Positions 1-8,347 of a stretch of 29,214 nucleotides of DNA are shown here, in pieces. How positions within the stretch are numbered: the stretch's first letter is position 1; each line of letters begins with the position of its first letter. Origin of the DNA: a virus (lineage: Duplodnaviria > Caudoviricetes); IMG/VR virus record IMGVR_UViG_3300032225_002514, positions 1-29,214 of that record, one strand, 5' to 3'. The notes under the pieces are model-generated. The model had not been told where the DNA came from. It ran no database searches and saw only the letters and a list, made by a program, of their open reading frames with translations. A program made the translations under genes and the position numbers.

Positions 1-108
1 CACTTGATCCGGATGTACCTGAAGAACCACTTGATCCGGATGTACCTGACGAACCACTTGATCCGGATGTACCTGAAGAACCGCTTGATCCGGATGTACC
101 TGAAGAAC
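1..108. repeat. 27-bp coding tandem repeat x4 (encodes GSSGTSGSS units on the minus strand)
   Basis: cacttgatccggatgtacctgaagaac at 1-27, 28-54, 55-81 and 82-108, with single synonymous changes. Confidence 0.95.
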
Positions 109-520
109 CTGATGATCCTGTTTGACCTGAGCTACCATTTACACCGGATGATCCAGATGATCCTGAACTACCAGATGATCCACTTAATCCAGATGATCCT
201 GTTTGACCTGAACTACCATTAACACCACTTGATCCAGAAGTACCAGAAGAACCATCTGAACCAGAAGTTCCACTTCCACCACCACTTCCACTACCAGTAC
301 CAGAAGTACCAGAAGATCCAGAAGTACCACCAGCAACAAGTACATCCCAATTGGACATATCACTTGGTGGCGGAGGAGAACCAATAGGAACTGATGCTAC
401 ATTTTTTTGAACGACATATGAAATATTTTCATAGAAAACAACATCGCCTTCATAATATGATACTAAACTTGTACCAGGTGCACCAGAGCCAACCCAGCCT
501 CCTTTCCATTGTAATGCCAT
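1..520 (-). CDS. Collagen-like (G-S-S/G-T-S triplet) fibre protein with N-terminal CBM5/12-like motif; partial, runs off the window start
   Basis: Not in the ORF track. ATG at 520 gives MALQWKGGWVGSGAPGTSLVSYYEGDVVFYENISYVVQKNVASVPIGSPPPPSDMSNWDVLVAGG, then G-X-Y repeats (GTSGSSGSS...) open to position 1. AATATATA motif upstream. Confidence 0.8.
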   Translation of the reverse strand, partial: MALQWKGGWVGSGAPGTSLVSYYEGDVVFYENISYVVQKNVASVPIGSPPPPSDMSNWDVLVAGGTSGSSGTSGTGSGSGGGSGTSGSDGSSGTSGSSGVNGSSGQTGSSGLSGSSGSSGSSGSSGVNGSSGQTGSSGSSGTSGSSGSSGTSGSSGSSGTSGSSGSSGTSGSS

Positions 521-541
521 TTATTGAGATATATTTTTATG

Positions 542-563
542 TATATATTAATTTTAATATATA
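542..563. promoter_or_regulatory. Divergent pair of AATATATA motifs (candidate phage late-type promoters)
   Basis: TATATATT at 542-549 (minus, before ATG 520) and AATATATA at 556-563 (plus, before ATG 569). Confidence 0.5.
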
Positions 564-568
564 AACTC

Positions 569-823
569 ATGAAATGGATGAAAATTTTTGAGGATTTTAA
601 AAAAAATAATGAAGAAGGAACTCTTATAACACAAGCCGATATTATAACTTGTATAAAAAATAGAGGTCTTATTTATTCAACAATTGTTAAAGATTTTCCT
701 GAAAATAAACCTGAAGAAGGTATGACTCCAGTTGATATTGATGAAGATGGTTTAATTACCGTTGAGATTGATGGGAAAGAATACAATGTCGATTTAAATG
801 ATGTTGAAAAAATAGAATTTTAA
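569..823 (+). CDS. Hypothetical protein with N-terminal MKWMKIFEDF leader
   Basis: ORF track gives 524..823; ATG at 569 preferred because it lies just downstream of the AATATATA motif. Confidence 0.75.
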   Translation: MKWMKIFEDFKKNNEEGTLITQADIITCIKNRGLIYSTIVKDFPENKPEEGMTPVDIDEDGLITVEIDGKEYNVDLNDVEKIEF

Positions 824-1291
824 TTAAAGAGAGCTAATTACTAGCTCTCTTTTTAATTGTACTAAAGAGCTATCCACATTCATATCATAGTATTGATAAT
901 CATAAGCATCTAAATCAAGTGCTATATTATGTTTATATTCATGTTTCTTTTTGTAGTTATCATCAGAACCATAGTATCTAGCCTGTTCAGTGGGTATAAT
1001 TAAATCTTTATTATTCTCAATACAGAACTTTATTAAATCATTAACCAATTGTGGTTTCTCCATATAGATATCCAAATCATAAATAATAATTGATTTTTGC
1101 TTGATTAAATCAAAGTTAATTTTCTCAGGATCATTTACACCATACTTATTAGGAATAGATTTCTTAATCTTATAACGGTATAGTAATAAAGAATCAGGTA
1201 ATAAGTTGTGAATCGTCTCAAGTATCTTTGAGTTAGCTGAATTACAAAAACGCCATCCATATAATTTAGGAAAATCTAGTCTGTATATCAT
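824..1291 (-). CDS. Hypothetical protein, C-terminal tag variant (KRELVISSL*)
   Basis: 155-aa ORF, ATGA overlap with the upstream HAD gene. Confidence 0.75.
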   Translation of the reverse strand: MIYRLDFPKLYGWRFCNSANSKILETIHNLLPDSLLLYRYKIKKSIPNKYGVNDPEKINFDLIKQKSIIIYDLDIYMEKPQLVNDLIKFCIENNKDLIIPTEQARYYGSDDNYKKKHEYKHNIALDLDAYDYQYYDMNVDSSLVQLKRELVISSL

Positions 1292-1851
1292 AGTAAGAAT
1301 TTTAAGATTTTTTCTTTAATACCGGATTGTTTAATTCCCTCAGAACTCTTTGGTGTTAAAACAAAGTTCTTCAGACCACCAAGAAAGTTACCAGAGATTG
1401 GTCCATATACTTCACCTAAAGGCAAATCATCAACAGCAACCCAGTGAGTTACTTCTGGATGTTCTTCTAACCACTTATTAACTTCACTTATTCTATATTC
1501 AGCTAATTCTCCAACAGTATAGTATTGCTTATCATATTTTAATGGAATATTAGGAGTAGTATCAATTGGTTGTTTAACAACACCATACTTAGTAAACATT
1601 TCTTTTAGTTCATCTAAAGTACAATATAACTTCCAATCAGAACTAACAACAATTTCAGCATCAGTTTCTAATAAGATTGAATTAAGAATCTTAACAGCTT
1701 TATCATTGAAGTTATCCATCTTTATCCAAGCAGGCATGGTAGCTTCAGTACCTGGAAATTCCTTCAGATATTTAGATTTCTTTTTACTGCGTCCACCCCA
1801 CTCAGTAGAGAGGCAAACCACGCCATCATTATCTAAAAATATTACCTTCAT
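1288..1851 (-). CDS. HAD-superfamily phosphatase (Swiss-Army-Knife RNA-repair-like HAD)
   Basis: MKVIFLDNDGV (DxDGV), VVSSDWK and WVAVDD motifs; start moved from 1869 to ATG 1851. Confidence 0.85.
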   Translation of the reverse strand: MKVIFLDNDGVVCLSTEWGGRSKKKSKYLKEFPGTEATMPAWIKMDNFNDKAVKILNSILLETDAEIVVSSDWKLYCTLDELKEMFTKYGVVKQPIDTTPNIPLKYDKQYYTVGELAEYRISEVNKWLEEHPEVTHWVAVDDLPLGEVYGPISGNFLGGLKNFVLTPKSSEGIKQSGIKEKILKFLL

Positions 1852-1866
1852 CTTATTATATATTAA

Positions 1867-1874
1867 CAAAGATA
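1867..1874 (-). promoter_or_regulatory. Bacteroidota-type -7 promoter element (TATCTTTG)
   Basis: TAnnTTTG with TTTG 16 nt upstream; followed by AATATATA at 1857-1864. Confidence 0.65.
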
Positions 1875-1891
1875 CGGAAAGTTTTTAAAAC

Positions 1892-1912
1892 AAAAAAGTC
1901 CCTTTCGGGACT
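1892..1912 (-). terminator. Rho-independent terminator
   Basis: AGTCCC-GAAA-GGGACT hairpin followed by a T-run on the minus strand, just after the stop at 1917. Confidence 0.85.
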
Positions 1913-1916
1913 CTTC

Positions 1917-3482
1917 TTAGTTTTCTTTCTCAACCATAATCTGTTTCACTTTACCGTTACTCCTTGTAATAGGGACTTTTGTTCCTATTGAAACCATAAG
2001 CACTTTACCTTTTACTCTACTCAAATCTAGACTATCACAGTAACCATCTGTTAAAACAATAGTGTTGAATTCATTAAAGTTCTCAACAACATAGTCGATT
2101 GCGGGTTGAAGCACGGTTCCGCCTAAACCTAGGATTTTCATACTTTCTAACTTGCGTTTGTTCTTGATGTTTTCAATCCACTTAACTTCAGTATCAGCCT
2201 CAATCAAATTGATTTCGATATCGTTACGATATACATAAGAAAGAACTCTTTCAAAAGTACCACCCATTGAACCAGATGTATCTAAGATACAGTTGATTTT
2301 GGTTTTAACTTTACGGTTACCTTTCAAACCAGCGATTTGACGACGGTTAGGTTTAACAATAGTTTTTTGTTTCACAGTACCGAAAATCATATTTGATACA
2401 GCACGTTTGATTTCACGAAGATAATCTTTACGTTTCTTACGAAGTTTGTTCAATGTTTGTTCAACATTACCCGCAGACAAGCCACGAGCCGCTAAACGTT
2501 CCATCACGTCTTTAACCATTGCTTCACGCATTTCTTCTGGAACTTCGTCACCCATGTGTTTATCCATGTATTCTCCGTTGCCATTTTCCATATCTTGGAA
2601 GATTTGTTCTTTAGACCAAGTATCTAAAGACTCACCATCTTTAGATGGGTTCTTACCGTAAGGTCCGTAAGATGGTTTACCACTTGAGTCTTTACCACCT
2701 TCGTTACCAGTACCTTTACAATCTGGACAGCTTTCACCTTCACCAGAACCACCACCTTGTTGACCTTGTCCTTCGCCTTTTCCTTGACCATCTTGTTTGT
2801 CTTGGCTTTCACCTTCACCTTGACCTTCGCCTGGTTGTTGACCTTTACCTTGACCTTCTTGTTTCTCACCTTGACCTTCACCATCACCTGGTTGTTGACC
2901 TTGACCTTTTTGTTTTTGGTCTTGTTGACCTTGACCTTGGTCTTTCTTACCAGAACCACCACAAGATTTACATTCAGAGTTTTTCTTTTGCTCTTTCTGC
3001 CATTTTTCTTTCTCGTCTTTCAACCACTCGTAAAGTTCTTCAAAGATAAGTTTACCAGTGTACTCTTTCGGAACGAATAGAGCCATATTCTTACCATCTT
3101 TGTTCTTAGGAATTTCAACAAAAGCGTGTGGAATATCTTCCCAGATAACGTGATTGATAATCATATCTTGGGCGATGTTTGACATCTTGTGATCGTATTG
3201 ACCAGTAACTGTACGTTTTGGGTGATTGAAAAGTAAGTGGAAGTCCTCGTGAAGAGTAATAAAATTCACTTCTTTTTGTGACATATCTTCCAAGAACTTT
3301 GGAGAGTAGAAAAAGTTCATACCTTTAGATGATACGTTAACTCCACAAGTACCAACAGAGTCATTCTCTACGAAGTTAATGTGTAGGTTGAACTCACCGT
3401 AGTAAGGCAAGTTAATCTTAGTATCAATCAACATCGTTTGGATACCTGATAATAGTTTTTCGTGTATATTCTTTATAACCAT
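1917..3482 (-). CDS. DUF2201-type putative metallopeptidase + VWA domain protein, with CxxCxGxG zinc motifs flanking a Q/G-rich insert
   Basis: HEDFH (HExxH), DTSGSM (MIDAS DxSxS), LTDG, CKSCGGSG and CPDCKGTG. Confidence 0.85.
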   Translation of the reverse strand: MVIKNIHEKLLSGIQTMLIDTKINLPYYGEFNLHINFVENDSVGTCGVNVSSKGMNFFYSPKFLEDMSQKEVNFITLHEDFHLLFNHPKRTVTGQYDHKMSNIAQDMIINHVIWEDIPHAFVEIPKNKDGKNMALFVPKEYTGKLIFEELYEWLKDEKEKWQKEQKKNSECKSCGGSGKKDQGQGQQDQKQKGQGQQPGDGEGQGEKQEGQGKGQQPGEGQGEGESQDKQDGQGKGEGQGQQGGGSGEGESCPDCKGTGNEGGKDSSGKPSYGPYGKNPSKDGESLDTWSKEQIFQDMENGNGEYMDKHMGDEVPEEMREAMVKDVMERLAARGLSAGNVEQTLNKLRKKRKDYLREIKRAVSNMIFGTVKQKTIVKPNRRQIAGLKGNRKVKTKINCILDTSGSMGGTFERVLSYVYRNDIEINLIEADTEVKWIENIKNKRKLESMKILGLGGTVLQPAIDYVVENFNEFNTIVLTDGYCDSLDLSRVKGKVLMVSIGTKVPITRSNGKVKQIMVEKEN

Positions 3483-3502
3483 AGTTTTATTATTTCTTTT
3501 TA

Positions 3503-3534
3503 CAAAGATATGAAATTGTTTTCAATCTTACAAA
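3503..3534 (-). promoter_or_regulatory. Bacteroidota -33/-7 promoter
   Basis: TTTG-N20-TATCTTTG, ending 20 nt upstream of ATG 3482. Confidence 0.8.
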
Positions 3535-3536
3535 TA

Positions 3537-4019
3537 TTATCTATTTATTTTTGCCGCCATTTTTTCCAAGACTAACTTTTCTTCTTGTTCCAAAAGAATG
3601 TCAATATCGGTTTCTATAAGAATGCGTTTATTATTCTCTGATCTTTTCATTCTTCTTTCTAATTCCGAGTCAAACTGGTCACAAATAATCTCAGCATGAC
3701 TGGTTGGTATGTGTATTTCATAAAGACTTCTTCTTTCAGTGGTGATGTCGATAAGAGTCATAATACAATCAGTACCAGAACCTGCTTGTAGTTTCATAAA
3801 AACATTATTTTTTTCAATTTGACGAACACCATAAGTATTAAAAGACATTTTAGTATCTTCATCTTTTAAGAGAAGTTTCCAAAGTCTAAGTGCCTTTTCT
3901 TCATATGCCGTAATCTTTGACCGCTCAGCAATCATTTTATCACCAATAGATCTTCTCCAGTTACGCCATTTAATTCTTAGACGCAAATACTTGTACTTTA
4001 CTTTTTTTATACTTGTCAT
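3537..4019 (-). CDS. Hypothetical protein
   Basis: 160-aa ORF translationally coupled (TAATG) to the upstream gene. Confidence 0.75.
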   Translation of the reverse strand: MTSIKKVKYKYLRLRIKWRNWRRSIGDKMIAERSKITAYEEKALRLWKLLLKDEDTKMSFNTYGVRQIEKNNVFMKLQAGSGTDCIMTLIDITTERRSLYEIHIPTSHAEIICDQFDSELERRMKRSENNKRILIETDIDILLEQEEKLVLEKMAAKINR

Positions 4020-5755
4020 TACTTAATTATTTTATTAATTTTAATATCTCTCATTGCGGCAACCGGAACTTGATGATAATCATCCATCTTCATAATCTCA
4101 GTTCCTTCTGGTAGAGTCAAAGACACACAAGCATCTTCCATTCCATCTTGGTGTAGAATGTAATCATCCAAATCAAATTCATTCGTGAATTCACCTACAT
4201 CATACATAGCAGTTACTCCAATAGTTCCTTTGAAGTTAGGAAGTAAGAATGAACCTACACCACCACCATCAGTCATAGCATCTGGGTATTGTTTTTGCCA
4301 TTTAGCAAACTCTGGTAAAGTCATAATTGAGATAAACCCATCAGACTCATAAGATGCTTTCATCTTTTTATTACCAACATAAACTTCAAATCCAGTGTAA
4401 TCATCAGTGATCTCAACATCACGATTATCGTTGTGGTCAATCGTACCCATAACTACCAATGTAGTTTCTTCATCGTATGTTCTTACAGTTTTAGATTTGA
4501 TTTCAAGTGAAGGTGTTTTTGTCTCACCTTCTAGTTTTTCACTTTCTTTCACTTCAACTTCTTTTTCTTCTTCGTGAGAATCGTAAGAGTTAGATTGACA
4601 AATCTTATCAAACTCTGGCTCTTGTTCAAATCCTTTACGAATCATCTTACCAACAATTTGATGCCAAGTCATGCTACCACGATATTCAAATTGACCAGGC
4701 TCAGTCATTGTTACTTTAGCCTCAAGTGAAGTATCACCATTAACTAAAGACTTCATCTTTTCTAAAACCTCATTAGTGACTTTTACTTTCTCAGCAGTCA
4801 TATCTGATTTCTCAGCAATACGGATTTTGTAATGACCTTCAGTTAACATTTTGAAAAGAACATCTTTTTTAAGACCAACAATGTCTGCAATCTTATCAGC
4901 CATTGCTCTGTTTTCTTCAGTCAATCCAATTTCTTCTGGCTTTTGTTCTTCTGAAACGAAGAATACATAACCGGTAGATTCATCATTAGCATTGAAACTA
5001 TCTAAACGAGTTTCTAATACACCTAAGTCTTCTGTTTGTTTCTTCAACTTAGTTTCATTCATAGAGATTTCTCTACGCAAACGAGCAGATTCTTTCTCAG
5101 CATCTTCAATGCGTTTTTTCAACTCATTGATTTTATCTTCATTCATCTTGCGGAATTGTTGTTCCAAATAGGTCTCAGAAGCCTTTATTAACTTTTCATT
5201 TGGTGATGGTGGATTTTCAATAGTTTCAAAAAAAATCTCAGCATCTTTCTCAGACAATTCTAATGTTTCAACTTCATTAGAACCACTTAGTAAATCATCA
5301 AGAAAACTCATACCTTTATTAGACAAAGAAGGAGTTTCTTCATCGTCAAAGATAGATTTTAATTTATCAATTGGTTTCATTTGTTCTACTTCAAGGTAAC
5401 AAAGGTCACCATTAACATCAGCAAACTGAATACCAGCAACTACAAATTTCTGAGCATAACCAGTTACATCAGTAGAGTCAATATCATCAATAAGTCTTTT
5501 ACGTTGAGCCGCATCAGTTACAGTAGTATCAACTTCTTCAAAGTTAATTGTGCCTTCATCACAGATTGTGATTTTGAAAACGATGCCTTCTAATGTACCA
5601 GATAATTTCTCGCCTTTTACAAATGCGATATCACGGATGAAACGAATTCTTGCTCCGTTTACAGCCGATACAAAGTTTAAGAACTTACGCTTAGGTTTGA
5701 ACTCACCAATTACAGGTTGTTTTACTTCTTGTTCAGTATTTAATGTTTCTTCCAT
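4019..5755 (-). CDS. Large hypothetical protein with coiled coil, DUF1778-like internal motif and C-terminal tag (RDIKINKIIK*)
   Basis: 578-aa ORF with its own TATATTTG promoter. Confidence 0.85.
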   Translation of the reverse strand: MEETLNTEQEVKQPVIGEFKPKRKFLNFVSAVNGARIRFIRDIAFVKGEKLSGTLEGIVFKITICDEGTINFEEVDTTVTDAAQRKRLIDDIDSTDVTGYAQKFVVAGIQFADVNGDLCYLEVEQMKPIDKLKSIFDDEETPSLSNKGMSFLDDLLSGSNEVETLELSEKDAEIFFETIENPPSPNEKLIKASETYLEQQFRKMNEDKINELKKRIEDAEKESARLRREISMNETKLKKQTEDLGVLETRLDSFNANDESTGYVFFVSEEQKPEEIGLTEENRAMADKIADIVGLKKDVLFKMLTEGHYKIRIAEKSDMTAEKVKVTNEVLEKMKSLVNGDTSLEAKVTMTEPGQFEYRGSMTWHQIVGKMIRKGFEQEPEFDKICQSNSYDSHEEEKEVEVKESEKLEGETKTPSLEIKSKTVRTYDEETTLVVMGTIDHNDNRDVEITDDYTGFEVYVGNKKMKASYESDGFISIMTLPEFAKWQKQYPDAMTDGGGVGSFLLPNFKGTIGVTAMYDVGEFTNEFDLDDYILHQDGMEDACVSLTLPEGTEIMKMDDYHQVPVAAMRDIKINKIIK

Positions 5756-5773
5756 GAATTTTTATTTAGATTA

Positions 5774-5781
5774 CAAATATA
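5774..5781 (-). promoter_or_regulatory. Bacteroidota-type -7 element (TATATTTG)
   Basis: 18 nt upstream of ATG 5755. Confidence 0.65.
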
Positions 5782-5797
5782 GTAAAAATATTTTAAA

Positions 5798-6199
5798 TTA
5801 GTTCTCGTTGATGATATTAATTTTAGCATCACGAACTTGGTCTTTAGTCAAAGGCTCTGGTAACTTTTGATCGTCATTATAAACAATGTAATCAGTTTCG
5901 ATATACTTATCACCAGACTCTGTAATTAAGTCAATCAGTACAGAATCTGTAGCTTCTTTATCATCTTGAACATCAAAGATATTCATAATTTCCTCTTTGA
6001 AAGGAAGTAAGTTGTGTTTAACAACCGGATCTTCATCAGAAAATTTATCAAGACATACAGTTAGAAGCAAATACAACTCACGCTTAGTAAGTTGTTTCAT
6101 TTTTTCAACTTGAGTAACAACGTTGAAGTTTGAGAATATATCAACAAACTCATTTGAAACATGAATTTGGTTCTCTTTGGTTGATTCGTTATCGTACAT
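5798..6199 (-). CDS. Hypothetical protein, C-terminal tag (RDAKINIINEN*)
   Basis: 133-aa ORF in an operon-like run. Confidence 0.8.
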   Translation of the reverse strand: MYDNESTKENQIHVSNEFVDIFSNFNVVTQVEKMKQLTKRELYLLLTVCLDKFSDEDPVVKHNLLPFKEEIMNIFDVQDDKEATDSVLIDLITESGDKYIETDYIVYNDDQKLPEPLTKDQVRDAKINIINEN

Positions 6200-6207
6200 A
6201 TTTTATT

Positions 6208-6504
6208 TTAATTTAGTATATCTTTTAGTTTTTCTTCTCTTAGTTTTTGTGTATCAAATTCAAAAATTGCTTTCATATGAGCCTTTGGTATTTCTTCTTT
6301 TTCACCTTTCTCATTAACAACCCAGTATTTTCTCCAACCACCATTTATTCTATACCCATCTTCAAAAGACCAAGTTTCATACTCACCATCATACCATTTA
6401 CCTTCGATAAATCTATCTTCCCATTTAATACTTCCGATTGGTGCTTTTGGAGCAGTTCTACTACCATTCTTACAAAGAAATTTAGTTTTAACAATTTGAT
6501 TCAT
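6208..6504 (-). CDS. Small beta-rich hypothetical protein, C-terminal tag (REEKLKDILN*)
   Basis: 98 aa; KFLC...FIEGKWYD pattern shared with 7824..8117 and 9629..9841. Confidence 0.8.
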   Translation of the reverse strand: MNQIVKTKFLCKNGSRTAPKAPIGSIKWEDRFIEGKWYDGEYETWSFEDGYRINGGWRKYWVVNEKGEKEEIPKAHMKAIFEFDTQKLREEKLKDILN

Positions 6505-6947
6505 TAAATACCTAACTTTTCTAATTTATATTCACGATACTCTTGTTTACTAACTGATCCTAACTCGTAGGCTCTTTGAAAGAACACTTCAAAGATGTGG
6601 TCTTCTTTCATTGATTTAGCCGCCATAGCTCTATTGAGGGCTTTAAATTCATCTGAAATACGATTGGCTTGTGTTTGTGATAAGGCAATAGCTTTATCTT
6701 CATCACCTGCTGATTTATCAACAATATCTTTAACTCGTTTATAATTTTTTTCAAACTCTGCTTTAGTTTGACCGTTCCATTTACCTGACATATGTGGATA
6801 TTTTACTTCTAAGATTGCTAACATTCTATTAAACTGAGACTCAAATCTTTCTGGCATTCCTCTAAGACTTTTAGTTTTATAATGAACATACTTATGCCAA
6901 AACCAGTATAAGCCATCCATTAAATCATCGTCTCGTTTAATTATCAT
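6504..6947 (-). CDS. Hypothetical protein, C-terminal tag (REYKLEKLGI*)
   Basis: 147 aa; starts 3 nt after the tRNA-like gene. Confidence 0.8.
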   Translation of the reverse strand: MIIKRDDDLMDGLYWFWHKYVHYKTKSLRGMPERFESQFNRMLAILEVKYPHMSGKWNGQTKAEFEKNYKRVKDIVDKSAGDEDKAIALSQTQANRISDEFKALNRAMAAKSMKEDHIFEVFFQRAYELGSVSKQEYREYKLEKLGI

Positions 6948-6950
6948 TTG

Positions 6951-7030
6951 TGCGAATAGCAGGATTTGAACCCGATGTCAGACGTTTTAGAGGCGCCCGC
7001 GACATCCACGCCGCATTAGACTCTATCCGC
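6951..7030 (-). tRNA. Atypical tRNA-like gene with CUA anticodon (possible amber suppressor)
   Basis: Acceptor GCGGATA(G)/(C)TATTCGC+A; T-arm CGGG-TTCAAAT-CCTG; anticodon arm GGCGC-CTCTAAA-ACGTC; non-canonical D region; no encoded CCA; own promoter. Confidence 0.65.
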
Positions 7031-7043
7031 ATTTATTATAATA

Positions 7044-7074
7044 CAAAGATAGTAAAACTTTTTCAAATAGCAAA
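7044..7074 (-). promoter_or_regulatory. Bacteroidota -33/-7 promoter driving the tRNA-like gene
   Basis: TTTG-N19-TATCTTTG, ending 13 nt before the tRNA 5' end. Confidence 0.8.
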
Positions 7075-7077
7075 TAT

Positions 7078-7824
7078 TTAATTTAAAATATCGTCAATTC
7101 TTGAATTACGACTATAACACAAATCAGCCTCTGTGAATGTATAAATCTCACCGTAAGTTATAACTGAACCTTTAGTATTCATCATCTCACTGGCAATAAA
7201 ATCAATATTATATTTACCATCTAACTTTCTATACTTATAGTCTAATACTAAATAATCAGTTGATTTGTCAAAATTCTTAGAAACAATTGTACCTATAGGG
7301 TATTTTACTAAACAAACTTCCGAACCGTCTTCATTATAACCCCAAATCTCAGAGAAGAAATTAATAGTATCTTCTAAATAAGAAACGTAAGCCATTATAG
7401 ATCCTAACTTACCAGCAAAGTGATAAGTGAATCTAACATACTCTTTCTCATAAACCATATGAGTATTTTCTTCTTTACTTTCAATAACATTATCAGTAAA
7501 GCTAATCTCATATATTTTCCTATCATTACTAGCATCATGATATGCTGACTTTGTACCAAATGATTCTTTTGATAGTTTTTCGAATAGGTCAAAAAAAGTT
7601 TCTTTTCTATTAGAAGCTATTGAAAATGTAAAGTCATAACGAATGAATGGATCTAAGGTTTCAACAAGTTGTTGACCCATAGGACTATATCCATTATTAA
7701 TTTTTTGTCTAAAGACGATATCAGGGTTTCCCGATCTAACATTGGAAAGAGCGTAAACACTATAGTCACTTTTTTCTAATCTTCTATTCCAATTAAGGAT
7801 TTCTGTATCTGATAAATATTTCAT
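7078..7824 (-). CDS. Hypothetical protein, C-terminal tag (RNSRIDDILN*)
   Basis: 248-aa ORF, TAATG coupling. Confidence 0.8.
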   Translation of the reverse strand: MKYLSDTEILNWNRRLEKSDYSVYALSNVRSGNPDIVFRQKINNGYSPMGQQLVETLDPFIRYDFTFSIASNRKETFFDLFEKLSKESFGTKSAYHDASNDRKIYEISFTDNVIESKEENTHMVYEKEYVRFTYHFAGKLGSIMAYVSYLEDTINFFSEIWGYNEDGSEVCLVKYPIGTIVSKNFDKSTDYLVLDYKYRKLDGKYNIDFIASEMMNTKGSVITYGEIYTFTEADLCYSRNSRIDDILN

Positions 7825-8117
7825 TATTTTAAAATTTGCTCAATCTTGTTATTACGGTGTTCTTCTAAAGTTTCAAAGTGTCTTTTAAATTCTTTTTCTT
7901 TTATAGGACACGCAGTGTTTTTAATTTCGGATTCTATGTATAGGTAAATACCTGGAAACATATCTGTATGACCACCTCGTTCATAATCATTTGGCTCTCT
8001 ACACTCATATGTTTTACCCCAAGCCCATTTAACATAATCTTGACCATACTCTTTCCCATTTACAGGAAAAGCATTTGTGTTTTTTTCAAAGTAGGTTCTT
8101 TTACAATAAACTTTCAC
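7824..8117 (-). CDS. Small beta-rich hypothetical protein, C-terminal tag (RNNKIEQILK*)
   Basis: 97 aa; KVYC...WAWGKTYE pattern. Confidence 0.8.
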   Translation of the reverse strand: MKVYCKRTYFEKNTNAFPVNGKEYGQDYVKWAWGKTYECREPNDYERGGHTDMFPGIYLYIESEIKNTACPIKEKEFKRHFETLEEHRNNKIEQILK

Positions 8118-8347
8118 TTAATAATTTGCCTGATTTTTTCTTCTCTTTCTTCTTCAAGAGTTATAGGTTTATTTGATTTTTCCATTGTTATATTAGCAAC
8201 ACCGGTACAAGTTAAAAATAAAACAAAGTAAACACCAGCAAGTATTTTATCATTAGACTTGATAAAAAATGGTATAACAAATATCATTAGAAATGCTAAT
8301 ATACCAAATATCATTCCTACTCTACTTAGTATTTTTCGTTTCAACAT
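8114..8347 (-). CDS. Small two-TM membrane protein, C-terminal tag (REEKIRQIIK*)
   Basis: Two hydrophobic stretches (VGMIFGILAFLMIFVIPFFI; ILAGVYFVLFLTCTGVA). Confidence 0.75.
   Translation of the reverse strand: MLKRKILSRVGMIFGILAFLMIFVIPFFIKSNDKILAGVYFVLFLTCTGVANITMEKSNKPITLEEEREEKIRQIIK

Noticed and set aside
1-108. 27-bp repeats as a CRISPR array
   Set aside because: Head-to-tail with no spacers, and in frame within a collagen-like CDS
4-384. ORF-track calls 4..222 (+) and 184..384 (-)
   Set aside because: Shadow frames of the Gly/Ser repeat gene that starts at 520
2446-3080. Four alternative-frame ORFs in the VWA gene
   Set aside because: Artefacts of the low-complexity Q/G-coding region
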